From positions 82,573 through 146,572 of the forward strand of contig JAIELW010000013.1 in assembly GCA_019752575.1 (NCBI GenBank): a stretch of 64,000 nucleotides of DNA. Direction: 5' to 3'. The position numbers and the translations under genes were made by a program. Below the pieces are notes generated by a model. It was not told the origin of the DNA. It worked only from the letters and a program-made list of their open reading frames with translations, and made no database searches. The DNA is from Xanthobacteraceae bacterium (lineage in GTDB: Bacteria > Pseudomonadota > Alphaproteobacteria > Rhizobiales > Xanthobacteraceae). Shown in pieces: positions 38,830-50,390 of the stretch (positions are counted from its first letter, which is position 1; the number at the start of each line of letters is the position of its first letter).

Positions 38830-40386
38830 TCAAGCAGGGCGATTGAACCACCCGCGCAGCACCGATTTCGAGGCTTCGGCGTCGTCGTCGCGCTCGGGAT
38901 CGAGACCCGGATCGTCCGGCAACGGCGGTTCCGCGATGATGGGCGCAATCGCCGGCCGCTTCACGGGCGCGCGCGGACGCGCATCCTCCGGCACCAGCAG
39001 AATGTCTTCGGAAGGCTTCGCTGCGACCGAGGGCGGCACGGCGGCCGGAGCAGGCGCAGGCTTTGCGAAGCCCTGCTCGACGACATGCTCCAGAATCGGT
39101 CCCGCGGGTGCGACCGGCGGTTCTTTCCATTCGAAAGCATCTAACCGCCCGGTCACGGGGGATGCCGGCAGCCAGCGCTCGGAGATAAAACCGTCCGCAA
39201 CCCAGGCGAGATCGCGCTTCGCCCGCACCGCCCGCACGGTCCACTCGCGCGCCTTGCCGTGATCGCCATGATCGAGCGCCTCGAGCTCCGCCATCATCAG
39301 GCACATCGCCTGCGTCGGATTCGCCGCAAACGGAAGCAGCGCCTCGCGCGCCGCGACGAAATCCTGCGCATCGATCGCAGCGCGCGCGATTGCAATCGTC
39401 GCTTCCGGATGTTCGGCGTTTTTGCGCGCAAGTGACTTGATGCGGAGGAGACGCTCCTTCGCGGCATCTTGCGGCCGTAGCCCGCCATAAGACTCCGCAA
39501 GCTCCGGATGCGGCGCGATAGCCCAAGCCTTTTCGATGACGCGCTGCGCGCGGCGCGGCGAGCCGTCGCGCGCTTCCAGTCGCCCTGCGAGAGCCGCCGC
39601 AGGCACCAGCGAAGGCGCGAGCTTCGCCGCTTCGCGCGCGAGCACCAGCGCCTTCGAAGGATCGTTATGCTCGATGGTCAGTCCCTGCGCGGTGAGCAGC
39701 ACCGCGCGGCGGCGTTTCATCATCGGCTTGTCGATGGCGCCCGCTTTCGCCTCGCGCTCGACGGTCGCGATCGCCTCGTCCCATTCGCCGCGAATGCTCT
39801 GAAATTCCAGCAGCGCTTCGGAGGCCCAGAGAATACCGGCATCCGACTTCGCCGCTTCCTCGGCGGCATCGCGCGCGGCAAGATGATCGTCGCGGCGCCG
39901 CGCTTCGAGATAAAGACCGCGCAGGCCGAGGAGCCGCGTCTCGGGTTGCGCGAGCATGGCGCGGAATTCGGCTTCGGCGCGCGGTGCATCGCCGTCGAGT
40001 TGCGCGGCCTGCGCTGCGAGCAGCATCGCAAGGGGTTCGTGACCGAGGATTTTTTGCGCTTCGTTCGCGGAGTTGCGCGCGAGCGCAAGGTTGCCTGCTC
40101 CGGCCGCGATCATGCCGCGCGAAAGCGCGCGCCAGCCGCGCGCGCGGCGGCGCTCGGTCAGAAACATTGAAAGATTGCCCGGCGCGGTCACGAAGAAGCG
40201 CAACAGCGACCAGACCACAATGGCCGTGACCAAGAGCGCAGCGAGCGCAATCAGCGCAACCGTCACGCTCGTCGAGATGCGCCAGCCCTGCCAGGTAAGC
40301 ACGATCTCGCCCGGCCGCTCGACGATCCACATCGCGCCGAGCGCGAGCGCTGTCACCGCAAGCAGAAAGAAAACGATACGGATCAC
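38830..40386 (-). CDS. HemY-like (heme biosynthesis-associated TPR) inner membrane protein
   Basis: The GTG at 40386 overlaps the upstream stop (GTGA). It has an N-terminal double TM plus the HemY_N region (IVLTWQGWRISTSV...) followed by TPR-like repeats. Last gene of the hemC-hemD-x-hemY cluster. Confidence 0.88.
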   Translation of the reverse strand: MIRIVFFLLAVTALALGAMWIVERPGEIVLTWQGWRISTSVTVALIALAALLVTAIVVWSLLRFFVTAPGNLSMFLTERRRARGWRALSRGMIAAGAGNLALARNSANEAQKILGHEPLAMLLAAQAAQLDGDAPRAEAEFRAMLAQPETRLLGLRGLYLEARRRDDHLAARDAAEEAAKSDAGILWASEALLEFQSIRGEWDEAIATVEREAKAGAIDKPMMKRRRAVLLTAQGLTIEHNDPSKALVLAREAAKLAPSLVPAAALAGRLEARDGSPRRAQRVIEKAWAIAPHPELAESYGGLRPQDAAKERLLRIKSLARKNAEHPEATIAIARAAIDAQDFVAAREALLPFAANPTQAMCLMMAELEALDHGDHGKAREWTVRAVRAKRDLAWVADGFISERWLPASPVTGRLDAFEWKEPPVAPAGPILEHVVEQGFAKPAPAPAAVPPSVAAKPSEDILLVPEDARPRAPVKRPAIAPIIAEPPLPDDPGLDPERDDDAEASKSVLRGWFNRPA

Positions 40387-41468
40387 TGTTTCGGGCGCTC
40401 CGCGGAAATTGCGGCCAGCGCCGCGTTGATCAGATTCCGGATCGCGGCGTCGGCATCGCGGCGCTGCTCGGCCGCAGCAAACCAATCCTTCGCAATTTCG
40501 CGCGCCTGTGCAGGCAGCGCTTTGGATTCTTCCAATGCGCCTGAAAGGTCGCCGCGCGAGAGTTTCGTTTCCATGCGCGCGACCACGGCGCCCGGATCGG
40601 AACCCTGCGGCTCGCCGACAGGCCGCATTTCGACGAGTTTGCCCGCGTTGTTCCAGAGCCGCGTGAACACGCCGCTGTCCTCTTGCGCGGGCGGGCTTGC
40701 GAGCTTCGCCGCCAGCGGCTCGAAGCGCTTCGCAAGTGCGGCGGTCGTCGGCAGCCCTTCTTTTGCGAACTTGTCGAGCGATGCGAGCGCTGCTGCGCGA
40801 TCCTTCAGGATACCGCGTACCGCGGCAAGCTCGTTCGCGAACGGCGTGCCCGCCGCAACCGCGTCGCGCAGCGCGCCGAGCGCAACGATCTCGGCGGGTT
40901 GCGTTTCGTTTTTCGGTTCAGCCTTCGGTGCTGCCGCAAGCGCCCCGACCTTCTCTTCGATCTGCGCGAGGCGCCGGTTGACGGCGTTAAGTTCGGCGGC
41001 GGCCGGCGCGTTGGCTTGCGCTGCCACGAGCTTCTTCACTTCGGCCAGTTCGCCCCGCAATTCGCCGGTGGCGGTCTCTAGTTTCGCGCTGCGCTCGCTG
41101 AGCGGCGTGAGATCGGGTGCAGGCTGCGTTTTCGTTTCCTGCTGCGTGAGGCGCGAAGAAAGCTGTGCGATCGAATTGTTGATCGCGGAAGCATCCGCGC
41201 TCTGCGGCGCGCTGGACGAAAACAGCCAAGCGCCGAACAGGCCCGCCGCAACACCGCAGAGCGCAGCGACGCCGATTGCGGGAAGCGTCGTCCGCCATTC
41301 GATGTTCTTTGCATTCTTGAGCATCGGTCCTGCGTCGCTTACCGGCTTTGCCGCGCTCTCCTGCGAGGACGGCGTCACGTCTTTCGCATCGGCGTCGATT
41401 ACCGGCGGTTCGCGCTTCGGCCGTGGATTGAGGCCGCCTTCAGATTCACGATCGGATTCGTTTGACAT
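40383..41468 (-). CDS. mitofilin/Mic60-like membrane protein (COG4223, alphaproteobacterial Mic60 homolog)
   Basis: 361-aa ORF with a charged N-terminus, one TM (LPAIGVAALCGVAAGLFGAWLF), Ala/Gln-rich coiled-coil segments and a conserved C-terminal domain. It occupies the position between hemD and hemY that is characteristic of alphaproteobacterial Mic60. Confidence 0.75.
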   Translation of the reverse strand: MSNESDRESEGGLNPRPKREPPVIDADAKDVTPSSQESAAKPVSDAGPMLKNAKNIEWRTTLPAIGVAALCGVAAGLFGAWLFSSSAPQSADASAINNSIAQLSSRLTQQETKTQPAPDLTPLSERSAKLETATGELRGELAEVKKLVAAQANAPAAAELNAVNRRLAQIEEKVGALAAAPKAEPKNETQPAEIVALGALRDAVAAGTPFANELAAVRGILKDRAAALASLDKFAKEGLPTTAALAKRFEPLAAKLASPPAQEDSGVFTRLWNNAGKLVEMRPVGEPQGSDPGAVVARMETKLSRGDLSGALEESKALPAQAREIAKDWFAAAEQRRDADAAIRNLINAALAAISAERPKQ

Positions 41469-41506
41469 AGTTCAGTCTCCTCGCCCGCCCGCGCCTTGTC
41501 CAACGC

Positions 41507-42202
41507 TCACGGCCCGAGCAATTCCAGCAACGCCGCTTCGTCCGGCGCTGTTGCGATCTCGGAGTGCACGCCGAACAATTTAAGCGGTGCGGCCACGGCG
41601 GAAGAAAGGCACAGGTGTCTTGCACTTTTTATGTCGTCTCCGGCGGCCGCGGCGGCCGCGTGCCGGACAAACGCCGCGGCACTGCGCTCCGAATAATGCA
41701 GCACCACATCGATCTTGCGTTCGCGAAACGCCCGCACGGTTTCGGGCCGGAAGCCGGAAGAAACCTTGGCCCGGTAGATCACGCGCGTTTCGACCGAAAC
41801 TCCGCTTTGCGCGAGACGGCGGGGCAGATCGCCCGCGCGGTCTTCGCCGGCAAGATGCAGCACGCAGGAGCCCGGCGGCAATTCCGCCGCCATGAGTTCG
41901 CCGAGCGCATTCACGTCACCCGCCGCGGTACCGACATTCCGAAATCCCGCTTCGCGCGCGACTTCCGCCGTGCGCGTGCCGACGGTGAAGACCGGGATAT
42001 TTCTAAGCGTGTCGATTGCTGACGCGATGCGAACCGCATTTCCGCTCGTGAAAGCGATGGCCGCGATATCGCTGCCCGATATATCGAACGGCAGCGCCTC
42101 GATCTCGATCACGGGGTCGATCATCGCGCGATGCCCGAGCACCGAAAGTTTTTCCGCCGTGCGCGCGGCGTCGAATGAGGGGCGGGTGACGAGCACACGC
42201 AA
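41507..42202 (-). CDS. hemD: uroporphyrinogen-III synthase
   Basis: 231-aa ORF beginning MRVLVTRP with HemD-family length and pattern. It follows hemC. Confidence 0.88.
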   Translation of the reverse strand: MRVLVTRPSFDAARTAEKLSVLGHRAMIDPVIEIEALPFDISGSDIAAIAFTSGNAVRIASAIDTLRNIPVFTVGTRTAEVAREAGFRNVGTAAGDVNALGELMAAELPPGSCVLHLAGEDRAGDLPRRLAQSGVSVETRVIYRAKVSSGFRPETVRAFRERKIDVVLHYSERSAAAFVRHAAAAAAGDDIKSARHLCLSSAVAAPLKLFGVHSEIATAPDEAALLELLGP

Positions 42203-42208
42203 CTTCGC

Positions 42209-43126
42209 TTATCCCGACAGCGCGCCAGCCGGCGCGCGCTTCAAAAGATATTCGCCTGCTTCTCTGCCGATCTTCTCTGCATCCCGCATAGTTCCTTCGT
42301 GCGAGACGCCGGCGAACTTGCCACCGTCCTGCGTGATCACAAGACCGACAAACGCGATGCGCCCGCGCTCGATCTTCGCGTGACCCGCAATCGGCGCGCG
42401 GCAGGAGCCGTCGAGCGCCAGCAGGAAAGCGCGCTCCGCGGTAAGCGCCGCGAAGCTTTCGGCATCATTGATCGCGGCAAGCAGCGCTTTCGTCTTCGTG
42501 TCGTCGCTGCGCGCTTCGATCGCGATGATGCCCTGCGCCACCGCCGGCGGATATTGCATCGGGTCCAGTACCGCGGCCGCGTGCGCGGTCAGTCCCAGCC
42601 GCTGCAATCCTGCGTAAGCGAGAATGGTCGCGTCGCACTCGCCCGCTTTCATCTTGTCTATGCGCGTCTGCACGTTGCCGCGAAGAAGCGAAATTTGCAG
42701 ATCGGGCCGCAGCCGGAGCGCAAGCGCCTGCCTCCGTACCGACGCGGTGCCGAGCTTCGCCCCGCGCGGCAGCGCTTCGAGCGTTTTCGCTTTCGTACTG
42801 AGAAATGCGTCGCGCGGATCGGCGCGCGGGGGCGTTGCCGCAATCACAAGGTTCTTCGGCAAGATCGTCTGCACGTCCTTCGCGGAATGCACCGCGAGAT
42901 CGGCCTGCCCTGACAAAAGCGCTTCATCGATCTCTTTGGTGAAGATGCCCTTGCCGCCGGACTCCGCGAACGAGCGGTCGCGCTCGATATCTCCGGTCGT
43001 CTTGATCGTGACGACTTCAATATCTTCGGGAGCGAGACGATGTGCCTTGGCAAGCGCCGCGCGCACGGCGTTTGCCTGTGCCAGCGCCAGCGGGCTTCCG
43101 CGCGTTCCGATCCGGATTCTCGTCAT
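42209..43126 (-). CDS. hemC: hydroxymethylbilane synthase (porphobilinogen deaminase)
   Basis: 305 aa from ATG 43126 ([18 protein letters not shown]), the canonical HemC N-terminus. Confidence 0.95.
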   Translation of the reverse strand: MTRIRIGTRGSPLALAQANAVRAALAKAHRLAPEDIEVVTIKTTGDIERDRSFAESGGKGIFTKEIDEALLSGQADLAVHSAKDVQTILPKNLVIAATPPRADPRDAFLSTKAKTLEALPRGAKLGTASVRRQALALRLRPDLQISLLRGNVQTRIDKMKAGECDATILAYAGLQRLGLTAHAAAVLDPMQYPPAVAQGIIAIEARSDDTKTKALLAAINDAESFAALTAERAFLLALDGSCRAPIAGHAKIERGRIAFVGLVITQDGGKFAGVSHEGTMRDAEKIGREAGEYLLKRAPAGALSG

Positions 43127-43182
43127 GGACTGCCGGGATAGCACTATGGGCGGCCTCACGAAATCCTGCTATTTGCGGCCCT

Positions 43183-44226
43183 ATGCTCGTACTCGGAATC
43201 GAGACCACCTGCGACGAGACCGCCGCCGCCGTAGTTTATCGCGGCGCCGACGGCGTCGGCGATATCCGCTCGAATATCGTCTATTCGCAGATTGCCGAGC
43301 ACAAGGAATTCGGCGGCGTGGTGCCGGAGATCGCAGCCCGCGCGCATGTCGAGGTGCTCGATCAGGTGATCGGCAAGGCGCTGATCGAGGCGCAGGTCCG
43401 GCTCTCCGACTGCAAGGCGATTGCGGCGGCGGCCGGACCCGGCCTGATCGGCGGTGTGATCGTAGGTCTGACCGAAGCGAAAGCGATCGCGCTCGCCGCG
43501 AAGAAAAAATTCGTCGCCGTCAATCATCTCGAAGCGCACGCGCTGTCGGTGCGGCTGATCGGCCGCGTCGACTTTCCTTATCTTCTTCTGCTCGCGTCGG
43601 GCGGCCACACCCAGCTCGTGCTGGTCGAGGACATCGGCCGCTACCGGAAAATCGGCGGCACTGTCGATGACGCCATCGGTGAAGCGTTCGACAAGGCAGG
43701 CAAGATGCTGGGCCTCGGCTATCCCGGAGGCCCCGCGGTCGAGGAACGCGCGCTTGAAGGCGACCCGCAGCGTTTCGATCTGCCGCGGCCGATGTTCGGC
43801 AGAGCGGAGCCCGACTTCTCGCTCTCCGGTTTGAAAACCGCGCTGCGCATCGAAGCCGAGGCAATCGCACCGCTCTCCGAGCAAGACGTCAACGATCTCT
43901 GCGCGAGCTTTCAGGCCGCCGTGCTCGACGTGATCGCGGATCGCACGCGGGTCGCGCTGCGCAAATTGCGCGACACGGTGAACAAGCCGACCGCCTTCGT
44001 GGTAGCTGGAGGCGTTGCCGCCAACCAGGCGATCCGCGAGATGCTGGAGAGCGAAACCGCGCGGCTCGACACGCCGTTGATCGTTCCGCCGCAAGCACTT
44101 TGCACCGATAACGGCGCGATGATCGCATGGGCCGCGGCCGAGCGGCTTGCCCGCGGCATGGAGGACAAGCTCGATTTCGCGCCGCGTGCGCGCTGGCCGC
44201 TTACGGAAGAAAAGCAGCCTGCATGA
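43183..44226 (+). CDS. tsaD: tRNA N6-adenosine threonylcarbamoyltransferase TsaD
   Basis: 347 aa from ATG 43183 ([18 protein letters not shown]), with the VNHLEAH metal-binding motif. Divergent from hemC. Confidence 0.95.
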   Translation: MLVLGIETTCDETAAAVVYRGADGVGDIRSNIVYSQIAEHKEFGGVVPEIAARAHVEVLDQVIGKALIEAQVRLSDCKAIAAAAGPGLIGGVIVGLTEAKAIALAAKKKFVAVNHLEAHALSVRLIGRVDFPYLLLLASGGHTQLVLVEDIGRYRKIGGTVDDAIGEAFDKAGKMLGLGYPGGPAVEERALEGDPQRFDLPRPMFGRAEPDFSLSGLKTALRIEAEAIAPLSEQDVNDLCASFQAAVLDVIADRTRVALRKLRDTVNKPTAFVVAGGVAANQAIREMLESETARLDTPLIVPPQALCTDNGAMIAWAAAERLARGMEDKLDFAPRARWPLTEEKQPA

Positions 44227-45203
44227 ACCGGATCGGCGTCATCGGCGCGGGCGCATGGGGCACGGCGCTCGCCAATGCAGCGGCAAAAGCGGGGCGCGGT
44301 GTCGTCCTCCACGGCCGCGACGCTTCGCTGATCGGCGCGATCGAAAAGGTCCGCAGCAACGAAAAGTATCTCCCCGGCATCAAACTCGACAGCAAGGTAA
44401 TGCCGACCACCGATCTCGCACGCGTTGTCGAGGCAGATGCGATCCTGCTGGTGACGCCGACGCAGTCCTTGCGCGAAACCGCAACACTGCTTGCGCCGCT
44501 TCTGCGCGCGGGTACACCAGTGATCGCCTGCTCGAAAGGCATCGAGATCGGCTCCAAGAAATTCGTGACCGAAGTGATCGAAGAGGTTTTGCCGCAAGCG
44601 CGCGCGGCGATTCTTTCCGGCCCCGGCTTCGCGGAAGACGTTGCCGCCGGGCTGCCGACCGCAATCACGCTTGCAGCGAACGAAGAAACGCTCGCTTTGG
44701 AGCTTGCGAATGCCCTCAGCTCGCAGACGTTCCGGCTCTACCACTCCACCGACGTGCGCGGCGTCGAAATCGGTGGCGCCGCGAAAAACGTGCTCGCGAT
44801 CGCTGCCGGAATCGTTGCCGGCAGGAAACTCGGCGCGAGCGCACAGGCGGCGCTGACAACGCGCGGATTTTCCGAACTCATGCGCTTTGCACGCGCTTAT
44901 GACGCAAAGGCAGAGACGCTTACGGGTCTCTCCGGTCTCGGCGATCTGATTTTGACTTGCTCGTCGGCGCAGTCGCGAAACTACGCCTTTGGCGTTTCGC
45001 TTGGCGGCTCCACTTCCGTTGACGTTCGCGGAAAGAAACTCACGGAGGGCGTCTACACCGCCCCGGTTCTGGTGGAATCCGCACGCGCGAAGAATGTGGA
45101 AATGCCCATCGCAGAAGCGGTTGCGGCCGTGCTTGCAGGCAAAGTCGGCATCGATGCTGCGATCGCGGGTTTGCTTTCGCGCCCGTTGCGGCAAGAAGAT
45201 TGA
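44223..45203 (+). CDS. gpsA: NAD(P)H-dependent glycerol-3-phosphate dehydrogenase
   Basis: 326 aa from ATG 44223 ([17 protein letters not shown]). ATGA overlap with the tsaD stop. Confidence 0.95.
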   Translation: MNRIGVIGAGAWGTALANAAAKAGRGVVLHGRDASLIGAIEKVRSNEKYLPGIKLDSKVMPTTDLARVVEADAILLVTPTQSLRETATLLAPLLRAGTPVIACSKGIEIGSKKFVTEVIEEVLPQARAAILSGPGFAEDVAAGLPTAITLAANEETLALELANALSSQTFRLYHSTDVRGVEIGGAAKNVLAIAAGIVAGRKLGASAQAALTTRGFSELMRFARAYDAKAETLTGLSGLGDLILTCSSAQSRNYAFGVSLGGSTSVDVRGKKLTEGVYTAPVLVESARAKNVEMPIAEAVAAVLAGKVGIDAAIAGLLSRPLRQED

Positions 45204-45279
45204 AACGAACTGTCGTTACCTTGTGGCGAAGTCATGCGAACAATGTTAGACGCCTGCGCCTTACGGGGTTTTTATTTCA

Positions 45280-45567
45280 ATGCATTTCGTTGCGATCTGT
45301 CTGGATAAAGCAAATAGTCTCGACCTGCGCCTCGCGAACCGTGCTGCGCATCTCGATTATCTTAGCAAACATTCCAAGACCATCCGCACCTGCGGCCCGC
45401 TTCTCGACGACGACGGCGAGACGATGATCGGTTCCATGCTGATCCTCGACGTGCCGACGCGCGCCGCCGCGGACGCGATCCTCGCGGAAGATCCCTACAA
45501 GAAGGCGCATTTGTTTGCGACGATCGAGGTTCGCCCGTGGCGCTGGGTCATCGGCACGCCGAGCTGA
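45280..45567 (+). CDS. YciI family protein
   Basis: 95-aa ORF with MHFVAICLDK...RLANRAAHLDYL...GPLLDD...GSMLILD...A..I...DPY typical of the YciI-like fold. Confidence 0.85.
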   Translation: MHFVAICLDKANSLDLRLANRAAHLDYLSKHSKTIRTCGPLLDDDGETMIGSMLILDVPTRAAADAILAEDPYKKAHLFATIEVRPWRWVIGTPS

Positions 45568-45573
45568 TTTGCC

Positions 45574-45993
45574 ATGCCGTTCTGGTTGATCAAGAGCGAA
45601 CCCGATGCCTGGTCGTGGGACGAACAGGTGAAAGCGGGGGCGAAAGGCACAGCCTGGACCGGGGTTCGCAATCACGCCGCCAAACTCAATCTCATGCGCA
45701 TGAAGAAGGGCGACCGCTGCTTCTTCTATCACTCGAATGAAGGCAAAGAGATTGTCGGCATCGCCGAGGTCGTCAAGGAACATTACGTTGACCCGACCGA
45801 TAAGACGGGAAAATTCATGGCCGTCGACGTGAAGGCGAAAGAACCGCTTCAAATCCCGGTCACGCTCGCGCAGATAAAAGCCGAGCCAAAGCTGAAAAAC
45901 ATGGCGCTGATAAAACTCTCGCGCTTGTCCGTGCAGCCTGTTACCGACGCCGAATGGGCGGCGATCTGCAAACTGGGCGGCGTGAAAGCCTGA
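45574..45993 (+). CDS. EVE (PUA-like) domain-containing protein
   Basis: 139-aa ORF with MPFWLIKSEPD.WSW......G...W.GVRN..A...L..M..GD..FFYHS typical of EVE/ASCH-like PUA domains. Confidence 0.88.
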   Translation: MPFWLIKSEPDAWSWDEQVKAGAKGTAWTGVRNHAAKLNLMRMKKGDRCFFYHSNEGKEIVGIAEVVKEHYVDPTDKTGKFMAVDVKAKEPLQIPVTLAQIKAEPKLKNMALIKLSRLSVQPVTDAEWAAICKLGGVKA

Positions 45994-46649
45994 AGCTTTC
46001 GAACGCGGAAAATTTCGTCCGCGCGAACACGCGTCTTCGTCCCGTTCCGCACGTCCCGGAAATCTCGCTCTACGTCGCCGACGAAGCGGTGCCGCTCTGG
46101 CAGAAGACCGAGGAAGAACTCGGTGAGATGGGATTGCCGCCGCCGTTCTGGGCCTTCGCCTGGGCGGGCGGTCAGGCGCTCGCGCGTTACATCCTCGATC
46201 ATCCGCAAATCGTGCGCGGCAGGCGCGTGCTCGATCTCGCCTGCGGCTCAGGTCTCGTCGCGATTGCCGCGATGAAGGCGGGAGCCTCGCATGTCGTCGC
46301 AAACGACATCGATCGGTTCGCCATGCTCGCGATTGCGCTGAATGCAAATGCGAACGGCGTTTCGATCGAAATGGAAACCACGGACCGCCTCGATCCTGCA
46401 ACCGAGCTTGAGTCTTTCGGCGCGGTACTCGCCGGCGACATCTTCTATGAGCGCGACACCGCCACCCGCGCGCTTTCCTTTTTGCAGCGCATGAAGGCGC
46501 AAGGTGCGCAAATCTTCGTCGGCGATCCGGGCCGCAACTATCTGCCGAAAGACCAAATGGAGGTGCTGGCCGAATACGAAGTGCCCGTGATCCGCGATTT
46601 GGAAGACGCCGAGATCAAGCGCACCAGGGTATGGGCGCTCGCCGAATAG
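45954..46649 (+). CDS. class I SAM-dependent protein-lysine methyltransferase, METTL20/ETFB-KMT-like
   Basis: PFWAFAWAGGQALARYILDHPQIVRGRRVLDLACGSGLVAIAAMKAGASHVVANDIDRFA and ...AGDIFYE...IFVGDPGR closely parallel the human METTL20 core as I recall it. Starting at ATG 45954 overlaps EVE by 40 nt. The alternative CTG at 45990 is not excluded. Confidence 0.8.
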   Translation: MGGDLQTGRRESLKLSNAENFVRANTRLRPVPHVPEISLYVADEAVPLWQKTEEELGEMGLPPPFWAFAWAGGQALARYILDHPQIVRGRRVLDLACGSGLVAIAAMKAGASHVVANDIDRFAMLAIALNANANGVSIEMETTDRLDPATELESFGAVLAGDIFYERDTATRALSFLQRMKAQGAQIFVGDPGRNYLPKDQMEVLAEYEVPVIRDLEDAEIKRTRVWALAE

Positions 46650-46782
46650 AGGCTGCCCGCGAGGCGAATAAGTACTGCCCGGTACGCGGAATCGCTGCCT
46701 TTTCCGGACCCTCCCTGACCAAAGTCGGTACCCGCGCGCCTTGAAGCGAGGGTTCTCCCTTCGGCATAATGCCGCCCAATCA

Positions 46783-46831
46783 GAGCATGATCCCGAAAAG
46801 TGGGAACCGGTTTTCGGAAAGGATCATGCTC
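46783..46831. repeat. REP-like long hairpin in the acs upstream region
   Basis: GAGCATGATCCCGAAAA-GTGGGAACCGG-TTTTCGGAAAGGATCATGCTC. This unit (pseudo-translation IPKSGNRFSE.IML) is a repeat type I recognise from Rhizobiales genomes. Confidence 0.7.
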
Positions 46832-46884
46832 AAAAAAAGAGACGGGCTGAAAGCCCGCTCGCCAAGGGGTAAGGGAGGAGTTCG

Positions 46885-48834
<1,950 letters not shown>

Positions 48835-48841
48835 CTCAATC

Positions 48842-48934
48842 CGTCATCCCGGAATTTCGCAAAGCGAAATATCCGGGATCGTCTTGAAATCGTGTACGGT
48901 CCCGGATCGCAGCTTCGCTGCGTCCGGGACGACG
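48842..48934. repeat. REP-like element (two hairpin units) downstream of acs
   Basis: TCCCGGA-ATTTCGC-AAA-GCGAAAT-ATCCGGGA and TCCCGGA-TCGCAGC-TTC-GCTGCG-TCCGGGA units. Outer arms CGTCATCCCGG / CCGGGACGACG are complementary with one mismatch. Confidence 0.75.
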
Positions 48935-49089
48935 TATTTTGGGAGACGCTGCATGACCCGTTTCAATCGCCGCGCTTTCATCGCCCGCGGCGTGCAAAGC
49001 GCCGTGCATGAGGCCTTCACGCTCGGCTGATTTACCTTGTTTGGTTAATTTCCCCCGCGCCCGCATGGCCGCGTCTACAAACGCGGGCC

Positions 49090-49587
49090 ATGCAGAAACC
49101 CAAGCTCGCGCTCATCCTCGTTTTTCTTTTCGGCGCCGTCTTCGCGGCGAAGGCTCGCGAAGTGGTGCCGTTCGACGACGCACCCGCCGGAATCATCGTG
49201 ATCGTGACCAGCGAGCGCTCGCTCTATCTGACGCTCGGCAACGGCCGCGCGCTTCGCTATCCGGTCGCGGTCGCGAAACGCGGCATGCAATGGCATGGCA
49301 CGCGCTACATCGACGGGAAACATGTGAACCCCGCGTGGTCGCCGCCGCGCGAAGTGCTGCGCGATCACCCGCATATGCGCCGCGTCTACGAGGGCGGCGC
49401 GCCGGACAATCCGATGGGTGTTCGCGCGCTCACGCTGACCGGCGGCGAATACGCGATCCACGGCACCAACCGTCCGAACTCGGTCGGCCGCTTCGCGTCT
49501 TACGGCTGCTTCCGCATGTACAACGAAGACATCGTCGATCTTTACGAGCGCGTTTCTGTCGGCACGCCGGTGATCGTGACGCGCTAA
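49090..49587 (+). CDS. L,D-transpeptidase (YkuD domain)
   Basis: 165-aa ORF with signal peptide MQKPKLALILVFLFGAVFAAKA and catalytic motif HGTNRPNSVGRFASYGCFRM. Confidence 0.92.
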   Translation: MQKPKLALILVFLFGAVFAAKAREVVPFDDAPAGIIVIVTSERSLYLTLGNGRALRYPVAVAKRGMQWHGTRYIDGKHVNPAWSPPREVLRDHPHMRRVYEGGAPDNPMGVRALTLTGGEYAIHGTNRPNSVGRFASYGCFRMYNEDIVDLYERVSVGTPVIVTR

Positions 49588-49596
49588 ACGCTACTT

Positions 49597-49685
49597 CGTC
49601 ATGCCCGGCTTTATGCCGGGCATCCACGCCTTCCCGAACTCAACGCCTATAAGCGTGGATGGCCGGGACAAGCCCGGCCATGACG
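49597..49685. repeat. REP-like element: two head-to-head hairpin units between convergent genes
   Basis: CGTCATGCCCGGCTTTATGCCGGGCATCCACG (49597-49628) and CGTGGATGGCCGGGACAAGCCCGGCCATGACG (49654-49685). The right unit is the exact reverse complement of the 31-nt core of the left unit at 33590-33620. Confidence 0.8.
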
Positions 49686-49697
49686 AAAAGAAAAGCG

Positions 49698-50390
49698 TCA
49701 CCTGCAAATCTTCCACCAGCCCATATCGAAGTGAAAATGATTGGCGTGCGCCGCGTTGTAGTCCGGCGATAGCACGCCGCCGAAAAAGCGGCAGGCGCCG
49801 TCGCGCACCGCGCGCAGAAATTCGCCGCGCTCGCCCTTGTCCCAGTCTTTCAACACGCTCGCGATTGAGCCGTCCTCGAACGTAAAGCTCGAAATGTCGA
49901 TCGCGTTCGCGGTCGCGTGCTGGCTGAGCCTGCCCTCTTTCTTGTGATTGACGTTACGGCAGGAAAACGTGCCGGAGCTTTTCACCACCCGGACTTTCTT
50001 CTTCATGATGCGTTCGGCTTCCTGCTGCAACACATGCCGCTCCCACAATATGAGCGAAGCCGCAGCCGGGCAGCGCAAGATTACGCCGCCGCCGTAGCTC
50101 ACGGTCTGCCTGCTCAGATAAACCGCGTCGTCATAGCCGCAGCCGCGGTCGTTGAAGGGATACTGCTGGCGATTGAAAGTAACTTCGCTGCGCTGGAGCA
50201 CCACGAAACATTTCTCCGGGTTTGCGCGGAGGTAATAGAGGTGCGTGCCGGTAAGAAGATTAGGCGGCTCACGCAGATCGAACGGCGCGTAGTGGTCGAG
50301 CAAATCCTCGAAGTTTACGGCAACGAAAATCCCGGCTGCGATCAGCGCCCACAGCGACAGGAAATAGGCCCGGCGAAAGAACCATCGCAT
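49698..50390 (-). CDS. extensin-like C-terminal domain family protein (membrane-anchored)
   Basis: 230-aa ORF with an N-terminal TM and the C-terminus ...[19 protein letters not shown]...[19 protein letters not shown] typical of the bacterial extensin family. Confidence 0.85.
   Translation of the reverse strand: MRWFFRRAYFLSLWALIAAGIFVAVNFEDLLDHYAPFDLREPPNLLTGTHLYYLRANPEKCFVVLQRSEVTFNRQQYPFNDRGCGYDDAVYLSRQTVSYGGGVILRCPAAASLILWERHVLQQEAERIMKKKVRVVKSSGTFSCRNVNHKKEGRLSQHATANAIDISSFTFEDGSIASVLKDWDKGERGEFLRAVRDGACRFFGGVLSPDYNAAHANHFHFDMGWWKICR

Noticed and set aside
45277-46401. 374-aa minus-strand ORF spanning yciI, EVE and the methyltransferase.
   Set aside because: It crosses three independently recognisable plus-strand genes and their junctions. 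Its Arg-rich composition is typical of an antisense frame in GC-rich DNA.
46763-46773. GGCATAATGCC resembling the XerC arm of a dif site.
   Set aside because: Only the CATAAT core matches. The central region and the XerD arm (TTATGTTAAAT-like) are absent.
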